From the NCBI RefSeq assembly GCF_963921235.1, contig NC_086097.1, positions 56,670,001 through 56,734,000 of the forward strand: a stretch of 64,000 nucleotides of DNA, written 5' to 3'. Below are positions 1 to 12,245 of this stretch, piece after piece (positions within the stretch are counted from its first letter, which is position 1; each line of letters starts with the position of its first letter). The DNA comes from Mobula hypostoma (taxonomy: Eukaryota). The position numbers were made by a program, and so were the translations under genes. The notes beneath the pieces are model-generated. The model was given only the letters and a program-made list of their open reading frames with translations. It had not been told where the DNA came from and did not search any database.

Positions 1-2788
1 GTGGTCACACCTAGAGTGCAGGCTTCAGGTAGTAGATGGGTGACCACCAGGAGAAGTAAGGGGTGTAGGCAGTCGGTGTAGGGTTTCCCTGTGGCCATAC
101 CCCTCATCAACAAATATACCCCTTTGGATACCACTGGTGGGGGATGACCTACCAGGTACAGCAGCAGCCAGGCCAGCGGCACTTTGGCCGGATGTAAGGC
201 TCAGTAGAGAAGGTTAAAATCAGGTAGAGCGATAGTAATGGGAGTCTTAATAGTTGGGGGGGGGGGGCGGAAGCGAACAGGAGATTCTGTGACCGAGAAA
301 GGGAAGCCAGGATGTTGTGTTGCCTCCTAGGTGTTAAGGTCAAGGATGTCTCAGAGCGATTGTGAAATATTCTCAATTAGGGAGGGTGAGCAAACAGAGG
401 TCATGGTGCACATTGGCACCAATGATATAGGTAGAAAGATGGAAGAGATCCCACTCAGTGAGTATAGGGAGTTAGGGAAGAGGGTGAAGAGCAGGATCTT
501 CAAGGTGGTAATCTCTGGTTTACACCAAGAGTCACGTGTTAGTCAGGGCAGGAGTAGGATGATAATACAGATGAATGAGTGGCTGAGGAACAGATGTAGG
601 AAGCAGGGTTTCAAATTCTTGGATAACTTTAACTTTTTCTGGGGCAGTGGTAACCTGTACAAGAGGGACAAGTTGCGTTAACCTGGAGGGGAACCAATAT
701 CCTGGCTGAGATGTTCACTAATGCTACTCGGGGGGCGGGGGGGGTGTCTAAATTAGTTTGGCAGCGGGATGGGAACCAGAATACAAGGTCAGAAAGTGGA
801 GAGGTGGAGAGAAAGGTAGTTATCAGAACCATTTAAAAAAGTATACAGGAGCAAAGCAGTAGTGCTAAGAGTAGTATGGGTAAAGGTGATAAACATGGAA
901 CTATGATGTTGTGGCTATTGTGGAGACTTGGTTGAAAGAGGGATAGAAATGGATGCTTAATGACCCAGCATTTCAATGTTTTAGAAAATATAGAGAGGGA
1001 GGTAAGAGTGATGTCGTACGGCTAATCAGAAACACTATCACAGAGAGGACGTAATGGAAGGTCCATCCACATGGGTAGAATTTAAAAATAGGAAGAGTGC
1101 AATCACTCTAATGGGATTGTACTACAGACCCCTCCCCTCCCCCTCCAAAAGCCACCAGGACATTGTAGAATAAATATGCAGGCAGATTAAGAAAAGATGT
1201 AAAAACAAAAGATTGTTGTCATGGGGGACTTCAACGTCCCCAGTATAAACCGGTGCCTTCTTAGTGCAAGAGGTCTAGATGGGGCATCCAGGAAGGTTTT
1301 TTTAAATTAATATGTAGATAGTCCAACAAGAGGAGGAGCTGTACTGGAGTTGGTGTTGGGTAAGGAGCTTGGGCAGGTGACTGACCTTTCAGTGGATGAA
1401 CAGTTAGGGAACAGTGACCACAACTCCTTAAGTTTTAAGATAGCTATAGATGAGGATAAATATGGATCTTGCAGGAGAGCATTAAATTGGAGCTGGGCAA
1501 ATTATGAGAGCATTAGGCAGGAACTAGGGAGAGATCACTGGGAACAGCTGTTTTTGGGCAAGTCCACATCCAACATGTGGTGGGTGTTTAAAGACATACA
1601 GTACAAAATGGGTATGTCCTAGTAAGAAGGAAGAACAAGGATGGCAAGGTAAGAGAATCTTGGATGTCGAGGGAGATAATGAAATTAGTCAAGAAGAAAA
1701 AGGAGAAGTATGCGAATCTTAGGAAGCTGGAAGAGGATTATGAAGAAGCCAGAAAAGAACTCAAGAAGGGGAATTAGGAAAGCCAGGAGGGGGCTGTGAA
1801 AAGTCTTTGGCAAGTAGGATGAAAGACATCCCCAAGGCATTCCATATACACATCAAAAGCAAGAGGATAACTAGGGAGAGGGTAGAACCATTCATGAATA
1901 AAGGGGTGAACATTTGCTTGCATGCGGACGACGTGGGTGAGGTCCTTAATAAGAAACTTACATCATTATTTAACAAGGAGGGGGACGTGGCGGACAAGGA
2001 GATCAGTGCTGAGCATATTGATATGCGAGGGCATTTTGAGGTAAAGGAGGAAATTGTGTTGGATCACTCAATTTTTTTGATGAGGTGCAAGGGTGATTGA
2101 TGAAGGTACAGCTGTGGATGTTGTCTACATGGACTTTAGTAAAGCATTTGACAAGGTCCCTCATGAGATGCTCATCCAGAAGATTAAGGTGCATGGGATC
2201 CATGGTGAATTGGCTGTTTGGACTCAGAACTGTCTTGCCCATGGAAGACAGAGGGTGGTGATCAAAGGGACTTATTCTAGATGGAGGTCTGTGGTTAGTG
2301 GTGTTTCACAGGGATCTGTACTGGTACTTCTGCTGATTATGATACATATAAATGACCTGGATGAAAATGTAGATGGATGGCTGAGTAAGTTTGCAGATGA
2401 TATGAAGGTAGTGTAGAAGACTGGCAAAGAATACAATGGGATATAGATCAATTGCAGATATGGGCGGAGAAATGTCAGGTGGAGTTTAACCTGGCCAAAT
2501 GTGAAATATGGCACCTTGGTAGACCAAATGCAAAGAGACAGTACATAGTTAAGGGCAGTTAAGATCATAGTTAAGATCCTTAACAGTGTTGATAAGCAGT
2601 GTGATCTTGGGGTCCAAGTTCACAGCTCCCTGAAAGTAACTACAGAGGTCAATAGGGTAGTTGGCTTTATTAGTCAAAGTACTGAGGTAGGAAGCTATGT
2701 TGCAGCTTTATAAAACTCCAGTTAGGCCACATCTGGAGTACTGCATACAGTTCTGGTCGAAGGATCCCAAGGCTTTGGAGAGGGTGTA
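1..2788 (+). mobile_element. CR1-clade LINE, decayed and internally deleted (ORF1 SGNH-esterase end, ORF2 endonuclease and RT fragments)
   Basis: ORF 331-681 has VHIGTNDIG...VVISGL (CR1 ORF1 esterase). 1350-1622 has LGNSDHN (APE end). 2093-2416 has VDVVYMDFSKAFDKVPH, GVSQGSVL and SKFADD (RT). Many stops and frameshifts; the RT N-terminal part is missing near 2065. Confidence 0.92.
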
Positions 2789-3296
2789 GTTAAAATGGTG
2801 CCAAGTGGCTGCCTCTTTGAGCTTATCAGCGAGAAGCAGCTTAATTCATCTCTTTAGTATCTCGCTTTTCAAAGTGATTGGGGTTCTATCGAGGTCCTGA
2901 TCTGTAAGTGGCATTCAAACTGCGTTTTTATTTAATGGCAGATGAGTTCCCATTCCTGGAGTAGGCTGGGTGACCGTTTTCCCATGTTCTCCAGGCGCAG
3001 CTTGGAAGATGGCGACTCTGGTGTGCAGCCCTGTGGACGACTGATTCCTGGCTGGTGTTCCCAACTGAGGTGTTGTGGGAGAACAAACATTAGGATTTCG
3101 CTGCGGTGGAGGTATGGAAAAGTGATGTGGCAGACTGTAACATCATAACAGCGACTGTCAGTCTCCCCTTTCACTGTGAAAAAGGGTAATATCTTTGTGT
3201 GCCTTGTTAGTGAGTTGGAGGCCAGATTAAATATGCATCTCTCAATAAAAATATTAGGGAGGCACATGCAGGAGCTCATGATTACCCTTCCAAAAG

Positions 3297-3660
3297 CTCA
3301 TTGTCATCATTATGCACCATGTCATGATGTGGCCGATCACGACCATGATTGTTCTTGAAAATTTTTTCTACAGGAGTAGTTTGCCACTGCCTTCTTGTGC
3401 ATCTTTACAAGACAGGTAACCCCAGCCATTACCAATACTCTTCAGAGATTGTTTGCCTGGGGTCAGTGGTCGCATAACCATGACTTGTACTAATACACCA
3501 GCTGCTCATATGACCATCCATCACATGCTCCTATGGCTTCATGTGACCCTGATCAGGCTAAACAGGTGCCACACCTTGCCCAAGGGTGATTTGCAGGCTA
3601 GCGGAGGGAAGGAGTGTCTTGCTCCACCTTTGGTAGAGACGTATTTCCACGCCGACACAT
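3297..3660 (-). mobile_element. Non-autonomous RTE-associated SINE-like element
   Basis: Reverse-complement copy of 8804-9142 with (ATG)n-like tail. Flanked by direct repeat ttccaaaag at 3288-3296 and 3661-3669. Confidence 0.75.
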
Positions 3661-4245
3661 TTCCAAAAGATATTAATATTAAATTACTGCACAATCCATA
3701 GGTTCTGCTGGATGGAAAAATATGAGCAGCCCCTGCAGTTTCTCAGTGTCTGGGGCTATGGATTCAACTGGCAATACAAGCACAAAATATTGGCCACAAG
3801 TTTTCTCTGGTACGAAGATTCCAATTGTTGTTTTAGAATTTTAACATAACTGAAAATGTTCAACATACATAGTTTAACTTGTAATATAATCTATTGAACT
3901 TGAAGTTAAAATTCTTAAAACAAAATTCTCTTGACGGATATGTAAGCCACCATATTATGTTAATTTAAATGTTAGTGGCTAAATTTCAAGGAATTAAAAT
4001 AGGTAGAGAATAAATCATGTACATTACTCAACTTTATACCAGCACTACAGCAGAAATTCTGATGTTGCATTACCAGCAACTGTAAGAGTGAACAATGAAG
4101 GCAACGGCAAGCAACTTATTGAAAACTGATGCACACCAGTAGACCAGACAAAACTGATCTACTGAAAATATATACGGGACAGCCTTGTATACCTCTCTGC
4201 ATACATGATTACACAGAAAACTTGATGAACTAAGTTTTGATCGCA

Positions 4246-4918
4246 ATCAGAATCAGGTTTATTATCACTGCCATGTGACGTGAACTTTGTTAATTTAGCA
4301 GTTCAATGCAACACATAATCTAGCAGAGAGAGAAAATAATAATAACAAATAAAATAAAACATAATAAATAAACAAGTAAATCAATTACGTATATTGAATA
4401 GATTTTTTAAAAATGTGCAAAAACAGAAATACTGTATATTAAAAAAAAGTGAGGTTGTGTCCAAAGATTCAATGTCCATTTAGGAATCGGATGGCAGAGG
4501 GGAAGAAGCTGTTCCTGAATCGCTGAGTGTGTGGCTTCAGGCTTCTGTACCTCCTACCTGATGGTAACAGTGAGAAAAGAGCATGACCTGGGTGCTGGAG
4601 GTCCTTAATAATGGACCCTGCCTTTCTGAGACACCACTCCCTAAAGATGTCCTGGGTACTTTGTAGGCTAGTACCCAAGATGGAGCTGACTAGATTTACA
4701 ACCTTCTGCAGCTTCTTTCGGTCCTGTGCAGTAGCTCCTCCATACCAGACAGTGATGCAGCCTGTCAGAATGCTCTCCACGGCACAACTATAGAAGTTTT
4801 TGAGTGTATCTGTTGACATGACAAATCTCTTCAAACTCCTACTAAAGTATAGCTGCTGTCTTGCCTTCTTTATGACTACATCAATATGTTGGGACTAGGT
4901 TAGATCCTCAGAGATCTT
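4246..4918 (-). mobile_element. Rex1/Babar LINE 3' fragment
   Basis: ORF 4469-4834 has ESILTGCITVWYG...HPGHALFSLLPSGRRYRS...NSFFPSAIR. Tail aataaacctgattctgatt on the minus strand. Confidence 0.9.
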
Positions 4919-5141
4919 GGCGGGGTAGAAATATGTCTCTACCAAAGGTGGTGCAAGACACTCCTTCCCTCTGTTAGTCTGCAAACCACCCTTAGGCAAG
5001 GTGTAGCACCTGCTTAGCCTGATCAGGGTCACAAGAAGCCATAGGAGCATGTGATGGATGGTCATATGAGCAGCTGGTGTATTAGCACAAGTCTTGGGTT
5101 TGCGACCACTGACTCCAGGCAAACATTCTCTGAAGAGTATT
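4919..5141 (+). mobile_element. Partial copy (5' part) of the RTE-associated SINE-like element
   Basis: Aligns by eye with 8804-9000 and with the reverse complement of about 3440-3655. Confidence 0.75.
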
Positions 5142-5235
5142 GAATTGTTACATTTCTCCAATTATGCTGACTTAATTTCGGTTTTAAAAAATAAGCTTTC
5201 ATTACATAATAAAACACTTAATTGTCCTTAAGTTT

Positions 5236-5890
5236 AACTTGGCAAACCTAAGTTTTAACTACAACAATAGTGGTGTGCTATAACATATCATCAAGCCCCT
5301 GTACCTTGGGACAGACACAGTTGTTTCCCATCTCTCTATTGTTGAACTTTGGCAATCGTTCCCAGTTACCACATCAGCACAAACAACATCCTGTTTGACT
5401 AGTTAGTAACCCTTTCTAATTCTACCCCCACGACAGCAAGACAAAGCAAAAAAACATCTTTCCAGTGAGGCAAAATACTACTGAAGAATAATAATTACTG
5501 GAATGAATGAAAGACGATCAAGAAGAGAACACAAAGGTACAATGTGATGAACTCTATCTTCTTGCGGCAGTAATGCTCTGAGTAGCTTTTTTTTATCCAT
5601 TTGAAATCCATTTAAACTAAGACTCCTTAGTTTAACACTTCAGCTGAAAGATGTCTCCTCTGACACTGCAGCACTGCTTTGGTAAAACACCGAATTATCA
5701 GCCTAGATTGGGGCCAGATCTTTCTGACAGCTGCCAGTGCTTCCACCTGCTCTTAGATGTGGTAACTGGGAACCAAAGTTCAACAATAGAGAGATGGGAA
5801 ACGACTGTGTCTGTCCCAAAGGACAGAGGCTTGATGATTATGTTATAGCATACCACTATTGATGTGGTTAAAACTTAGGTTTGCTGAGTT
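5236..5890. repeat. Long inverted repeat, arms 5236-5375 and 5756-5890, spacer about 380 bp
   Basis: The left arm (...gggacagacacagttgtttcccatctctctattgttgaactttgg...cccagttaccacatc) matches the reverse complement of the right arm with scattered substitutions and one 5-nt indel. Confidence 0.95.
5540..5712 (-). mobile_element. Very old Deu-domain SINE remnant (AmnSINE/SacSINE-like)
   Basis: The minus strand reads ...tctaggctgataatt...gcagtgctgcagtgtcagaggagacatctttcagctgaagtgttaaac..., resembling the recalled Deu-domain consensus. Highly diverged. Confidence 0.45.
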
Positions 5891-5894
5891 GGAC

Positions 5895-7775
5895 TGTGTG
5901 TAACCCTGTAGCATCTGGCGACCCTGTGATATCTGCCTTAGAGGCTGACATCAGAACATCTTCCAACATCTTGCAAGGCTTTTAGCGGTTGAATACAACT
6001 TAATGGCTTGTTAGGCCACTTGAGGGTGTTTAAGAGTCAACCACATTGCTGTGGGTCTGGAGTCACATATAGGTCACACCAGGTAAGGATGACGGGATTC
6101 CTCCAACTAAAGGACGTGAGTGAACCAGATGGGTTTTACAACAGTCAGCATGGTTTCATGGTCACTGACTTCAAATTCACCATCTGCCATGGAGGGATTC
6201 GAACTCATGTCCCCAGCATATGACTGGGTCTCTGGATTACTGATCCAGTGGTAATTACCACTACACCAAATCTCCCCCAAGGCGTTAGCAGGGGACTGAA
6301 AACCTGTGCAAACCAACTTTCGGGAGTGTTCAAGGTCATCTTCAATCTCTCCCTGCTGCAATCGGAGGTTCCCACCTGCTTCAAAAGGGCGATATTCATA
6401 CCAGGAAGAGAAGGGTGAGGTACCTCAACAACAATTGCCCAGTCGCACTCACATCTACTGTGATGAAGTGCTTTGAGGGGTTAATAATGGCCAGAATCAA
6501 CTCCTGCCGAAGCAGGGATCTGGAGCCACTGCAATTTGGCGATCAGCACAATGCAATCTCACTGGCTCTTTACTCTGTCTTAGATCACCTGGACAATAAC
6601 AATACTGTACCTACGTAAGCCTGCTGTTTACTGATTACAGCTCTGTGTTCAACACCATCATACCCTCAATACTAATCAACAAGCTCCAAATCTTGGGCCT
6701 CTGTAGCTCTCTCTGCAATCGGATCCTTGACTTACTCATTGGCCAGATCAGAAATAACATCTCCTCACCGTTGCGACTCAAGAATGTGTGCTTAGCCTAC
6801 TTCTCTGCTCTCTCCACACCCATGACAGTGTGGATAGACACTCCTCAAATGCTATCTATAGATTCGCCTATGTCACAATGATTCTGGGCAGAATTTCAGA
6901 TGGTGATAAGGAAGCGGACAGAAATGAACGAGGTCAACCAAATGAGTGGTGTCCCAACAACAACTTCATGAGTCCAACGAATTTGGTTGTGGACTTCAGG
7001 AAGGGGAAACTGAGGGAACACACACCAGTCCTCATTGAGGGATCATCAGTGGAAAGAGTAAACAGTCTCATGTTCCTGGGTGTCAACATGTCTGAAGATC
7101 TATCATGTGTGCAAAATAATGACGAAATTACTCAGAAGGAATAGCAGTGGCAATGTTTCATTAGGAGTTTGAAGAGACTTGGTATGTCACCAAAGACCTG
7201 CAAAATTTCTACTGATGTACCGTGGAGAGCATTCTAACCTGCTGCATCACCATCCGGTATGGGGGTAGGAGCCATTGCAAAAGATCAGAAAAATCTGCTG
7301 GAAGTTGAAAACTCAGCCAGCTCCACCATACGCACAAGCCTCCACAACATAAAGGGCATCTTCAAAATGCAATGCCTCAAAAAGGCAGCATCTGTCATTA
7401 AGGATCCCCATCACACAGGACATGCCCTCTTTTCATTGCTACCATCAAGGAGCATACACAGGGGCCTGAAGACACACAAGAAAAGTTTTGGAACAGCTTC
7501 TTCCCCTCTGCCATCAGATTTCTGAATGAACAATGAACACATGAAGTCTACCTCACTATTTTTTTCTTTCTTGCTCTCTTATTGTGCTACTTATTTAATT
7601 TAATTATATATAAAATACATACATACACAAACATACACATATATATAATTAAACTAAATTATATATATACATATTTATTGTAATTTATAGTTTTTAATTT
7701 ATATACAGTATTGCTGTCACAAAACAAGAAATTACATGACATATGCTAGTGATATTAAACCTGATTCTGATTCTG
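5895..7775 (+). mobile_element. Rex1/Babar LINE, 5'-truncated RT and 3' region, interrupted by a SINE at 5989-6277
   Basis: PVALTSTVMKCFE (6415-6618), [20 protein letters not shown] and IKDPHHTGHALFSLLPS. Tail attaaacctgattctgattctga ends near 7775. Confidence 0.9.
5989..6277 (-). mobile_element. tRNA-headed SINE nested in Rex1
   Basis: The minus strand shows A-box tggtgtagtgg and B-box gagttcgaatcc. Flanked by imperfect direct repeats caaggcttttagc / caaggcgttagc. Confidence 0.8.
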
Positions 7776-7849
7776 AATAAATGACACAACCCTCAGGAGC
7801 ATTGAAATACAGGGATTCTGAGGGAACATGCCAATTTTTCCCTGAAATT

Positions 7850-8272
7850 GTCAACACAAGTAGATAGGGTGGTAGGCTTTGGAGTGAGAAGAAAAAAACA
7901 GTTCACCAGTTTGTTCCTCAGATTAGAGAGTATTAGCTATAAGGAGAGGTTAGACAAACCTGGGTTGCTTTCTTCTGAAGCATCGGATGCTGAGGAGTGA
8001 CCTGAGAGAAGTACTGTATATGAAATGATGACAGTTATAAATAGGTGAATGGAATGCACTGCCAGGAGAAGTCATGGAAACAGATATGAAAGCAACATCA
8101 AAGAGGTATTTAGACAGAGACATGAACATGAAGAAAATGGGGGTGTGGGGAGGGGGGGAATTATAGTCTCGTGCAGGTAGATAGCATTAGTTTCTCTTGG
8201 TATCGAGGTTGGCACAGATGGACCAAAGGGCCTGTTCTTGAGCTGTACTGTCCTATCTTTTATGTTCTATGT
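7850..8272 (+). mobile_element. CR1 3' fragment
   Basis: Contains agctataaggagaggttagacaaac and tggaatgcactgccagg, and ends in the CR1-type tail ggaccaaagggcctgtt...tatgttctatg. Confidence 0.8.
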
Positions 8273-8803
8273 TTAATGTAGCAATGGAGAAGGCAGCTTT
8301 TCTGAAGTTTATGGCATTACATTGAGATCTGCCTTTTATATCTCGAAACAGATTGATTTAAATGGGTTTTATAGAACTGTAGACTAAGAGACATGTAGTT
8401 AAGCATTAAGTTATGCAAGTTAAGTATTTGTTTTCAGATAATGCTTTTTAGCTTTTAATATTATTCTTAATTATCATTGAATTTAAGAACTTTTAATGCT
8501 TCACAGCTTTTACAGTCAGCAAGGATGGAGTTAGGAATTGCCTTAGATCAAAGATTATGGGACAGAGTGTCTCAGTGCACCACTAGCTAAGAACGTGCCC
8601 CTAGAGTCCTGCAAAACTACCTTTCCCCATCTGTCTCAACAACTTAGAAGAGAGCTAACTGGCAAGTCAGTTGTTAGTGTTTACAAATTCAGCAGAGAAC
8701 TGGAAAAGGAGATGGCAAAGAAATGATAGAGAAAGTGTTACAGGTAGTGCATGATACTTATAGCAGATGAACTTCAGAGATTTTATTCCAGTTGTGTAAT
8801 TTG

Positions 8804-9142
8804 TGGGTGGCAGGGTAGAGATACATCTCTACCAAAGGAGCTGTAAGGTGCTTCTGCCCTCCAGTAGCCTGCAGATCAACCTTGGGCAAGGTGTAGCACC
8901 TGCTTAGCCCCCCTCAACCCCCGATCAGGGTCCCGTGAAGTCATGGGAGCAAGTGGTAGATGGCGACCACTGAAACCAGGCAGACAATCACTGTAGAACA
9001 TCGATCATGTCTGGGGTCACCCTTCCTGTAAAGACACTGCCCAGGGGGAGGGAATGGCAAACCATTTCTATAGAAAAATTTGCCAAGAATAATCTGCGTC
9101 ACCTTGATCACCTACATCATACGACACAGCACATGATGATGA
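8804..9142 (+). mobile_element. Non-autonomous RTE-associated SINE-like element, near complete
   Basis: RTE-type motif gaatggcaaaccatttc...tttgccaagaa and an (ATG)n tail. 11-bp TSD tgtgtaatttg (8793-8803) / tgtgtaaattg (9143-9153). Three copies in the window. Confidence 0.8.
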
Positions 9143-9575
9143 TGTGTAAATTGCTGTATCAATATGCACTGAGATGAGAATAAGAGGACATCAGACACTG
9201 GGGCAGTGCCTTAGAAATAAGCACAAACTACAGATAGTGTCGGAAGAATCTTAAAACGGAACACAAAAGATGACCCATGAGGGAGAATAAATTGCTCTCT
9301 GTACTGAATTGGAGAAAGATTACAAATTTTGTGCGGCTCAAAACATAAGAGATAAAATGGGAATTTTGTTAAGGTCCATGCCGCGCCCATCTATTTTGTA
9401 GTTGGTCTGATTTTCTGCTGGATAACTCAATATTTCTACCATTTGTGATGGAAATGAATGATCCAAATAATAATCAGTGCTCAGATCCAAGTAAGATTGT
9501 GAGAAGATCTGAACTATTGCACCATGTAGGTGAATATGCAGTGCAGATTTACTCCCACCAAACCCTAGGATTTAC

Positions 9576-9710
9576 CTTTGTTTCACGCCTTTTAAAAACA
9601 TTTTTCCTCTTTCGATTCATCACCTTAAGACTATAGAGAGCCCCAAGGATGAAGAGAGCTCCAGCCACACCAACAGCTACAGGCACCAACATCCCTGACA
9701 TATATCCTGC
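9576..9710 (-). CDS. ARMH4: ARMH4 (C14orf37) transmembrane exon, 135 nt, phase 0-0
   Basis: ttttgcag|GCA...AAG|gtaaat. Translates AGYMSGMLVPVAVGVAGALFILGALYSLKVMNRKRKNVFKRRETK, closely matching the recalled vertebrate ARMH4 C-terminus AGYMSGMLVPVGVGIAGALFILGALYSIKVMNRRRRNGFKRHKRK. Hydrophobic helix followed by a basic stop-transfer patch. Confidence 0.93.
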
Positions 9711-9869
9711 CTGCAAAACATGCATGATAAACATTAGTGACAACTTCATCTTAGAAAGAGATACTTTTTCTGAATTACATTCAAATTTTATGAAAAGTAT
9801 AATATGTCAATTCTCAAAAGCAGATTGGCATATATTTTGTGGGAGAAATAATGATGAACATGTGAAATA

Positions 9870-10270
9870 AGAGAGGAAGCAGGCAAATGGTCTCCAAAAA
9901 CACAATGCCATTTAATAAGATCAAAACCGATCTCATCCTTGATCTTTTCTCAATTGCATTGCCAGATCTGCGAAACACTTGATTCACTGTTGTCTAGAAG
10001 TCTCTGTCTCTGGTGTGATTATATTATCACAACTCTCAAAAGTAGACCTATCCAAAGATACACAACCATCTGTGAGAAAAGATTCTTCTCCTCCTTGGTT
10101 TTAAATAGTTGAAGCCTAATCCTGAGACCATGCTGCATTTGTAGGCTTGCATTTCAGGAAAACAACTTTACGAACATCTATCCTATCAAGCTCCCTTAGA
10201 GTTTTATGTTTCATTCTTCTTCTATGCTCTGGACTGTAGAGGCACGTTCTGCTCATATTCAATCTGTCTT
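9870..10270 (-). mobile_element. Old CR1 3' remnant
   Basis: Degenerate reverse-complement CR1 tail motifs (ccatttaataagatc, caaccatctgtgagaaaagattcttc). Confidence 0.55.
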
Positions 10271-10540
10271 CATATTTAATAATAACATACAATATAACAA
10301 ATAATTTTTACTATTCTTCATATCAAAGGGATAATATCAAATTTTCCCACATTATTTTCCAACTGCTATCTTTCTGTCTTCTCCTCTTACCCAAATATAT
10401 GCCTGCACCAACCCGCTCTCCTAGACTTTAGACATTGTCCTCCAACTAACATGATCCTTAATCACAGCCACAGATGGATCATATTTCCAAAGGATACTTC
10501 ATTCCTAAAAAGAATGTATATGTTTTGTGAATTATGAGGT

Positions 10541-10743
10541 TTGTTGTTCAGTCGTTAATTTGTGTTCAACTCTTCGTGACCTCATGGACCACAGGGTTCA
10601 TAGGTTTTTCATGGCAAGATACGGAAGTAGATTACCAGGCCTTTCTTCCGCGCAGATACTGTTGCTGCCCAGGTTGGGACCCAACTGGGTTTGAATTCAG
10701 GATCATCTGCTTTGAAGTCCAGTGCTTATGCCATTACACCACC
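10541..10743 (-). mobile_element. tRNA-head / RTE-tail SINE, complete
   Basis: Minus strand has A-box tggtgtaatgg, B-box-like gaattcaaacc and an RTE/BovB-type tail ggtcacgaagagttgaacac...gactgaacaacaa. Perfect 10-bp TSD attatgaggt at 10531-10540 and 10744-10753. Confidence 0.88.
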
Positions 10744-10789
10744 ATTATGAGGTAGCTGGTCCAATATATAGCACTACCTAGAGCAGCAG

Positions 10790-12090
10790 ATTTAAAAAAT
10801 GAGTGGGGCTGTTGAGACTTTCTGCAGAGTTTGAGATCGTTTGGGTTATTAGGCACTTGGCAAGGGCCAATCAAAAGAAGTTAGGTTTAAGATGAGTGGC
10901 CATAGTGCAAGTGGGACAGAGTTAGAGTGGGGAACTAAGGCTTTAGCTCAAGAAGTTTTGGCAAGAAGAGGCGGAGGCTAGAGTGAGGTTTTTGTCAAAT
11001 TTCTCCTTTTTCTTTATTAGTGCCTAACTAGAATATTGAGAACGAATCCCAGGTCAGTGATGTGCTCCTCATGCAAGATGTGGAAGATCTAGGAGACCTC
11101 CTGTCTCCCTGATTAGTATATCTGTAAGAAGTACATCTGGTGCAGTTCTTTACAGGCCATTTTAGCAAACTGGAGCTGGATCTGGATGACCTGTGGCTCA
11201 TTCGTGATTGAGCTATGTGGATTCAGAATTGGTTTGCCCACAGGAGGCAGAGGATGATAGTACATGGAGCATATTCTGCTGGGAGTTCCAAAATTAGTTT
11301 TGCTCCACAGGAATCTGTTCTGGGATCCCTGCTCTTTGTGATCTTTATAAATGACAGATGAGGAAGCGGAAGGGTGGCTTAGTAAGTTTTCAGATGACAC
11401 AGAGATTGGTGGTGTTGTGGATAGTGCAGACGGTTGTCGTAGGTTACAACAGGATGCAGAGATGAGCTGAGAAGTAGCAGATGGAATTCAATCCGGAATA
11501 GTGTGAAGTGACACGCACACTTTGGAAAATCAATCTTAAAAGTAGAATACAAGGTTAATGCCAGGATTCATAGCAGTGTGGAGGAACAGAGGGATCTTGG
11601 GGTACATGTCCTTAGTCCCTCAAAGCTGCCGCACAAGTTGGTAGGATGGTTGAGAAGGCATATAGTGTGTTGGCCTTCGTTAGTCAGGGGAATGAGCTCA
11701 TGAGCCACAAGGTAATGTTGCAGCTCTATAAAACTCTGGACAACACTTGGAACATTGTATTCAGTTCTGGTCCCCCCATTATAGGAAGGACGTGGAAGCT
11801 TTAGGGAGAATGCAGAGGAGATTTACCAGATTTTGCCTCGATTAGAGAGCATTATGAGGATAGGTTGATCGAACTAGGGCTTTTCTCTTTAGAGCAAAGG
11901 AAGATAAGAGGTAACTTGATCGATGTGTACCAGAGGATAAAAGGCATAGATAGAGTGGATGGCCAGAGACTTTTTCCCAGGGCAGAAAAGGCTAATATGA
12001 AAGGACATCATTGTAAAATATTTGAAGGAAAGTATAGGAGGAATGTCAAAGGTAGGTCTTTCACACTGAGAGTGATAGGTGCATGCAGCA
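10790..12090 (+). mobile_element. CR1 5' end (ORF1 Cys motif) joined directly to a CR1 RT/C-terminal segment
   Basis: CSSCKMW at about 11060, then an abrupt switch near 11207 to WIQNWFAHRRQR, SKFSDDT and LGLFSLEQRKIRGNLIDVY. Confidence 0.85.
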
Positions 12091-12245
12091 TTCTGCGCAC
12101 CACATCAAGGAGGTATTGGATTGCGTAGTGGAAAAGAGAGTTCAAAAGAAGTGAGCAGGGCAGCTCAGATATTCTGCGTGCTATAATTCCTGAGGAAACA
12201 TTGGATTGTGTATACCTAGGTGCTTGGCAAGGGTCAACAAAAATT

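Noticed and set aside
5989..10743. tRNA genes at the A/B-box sites (6180-6270 and 10680-10743)
   Set aside because: No cloverleaf or Pol III terminator is evident; both continue into SINE bodies flanked by TSDs.
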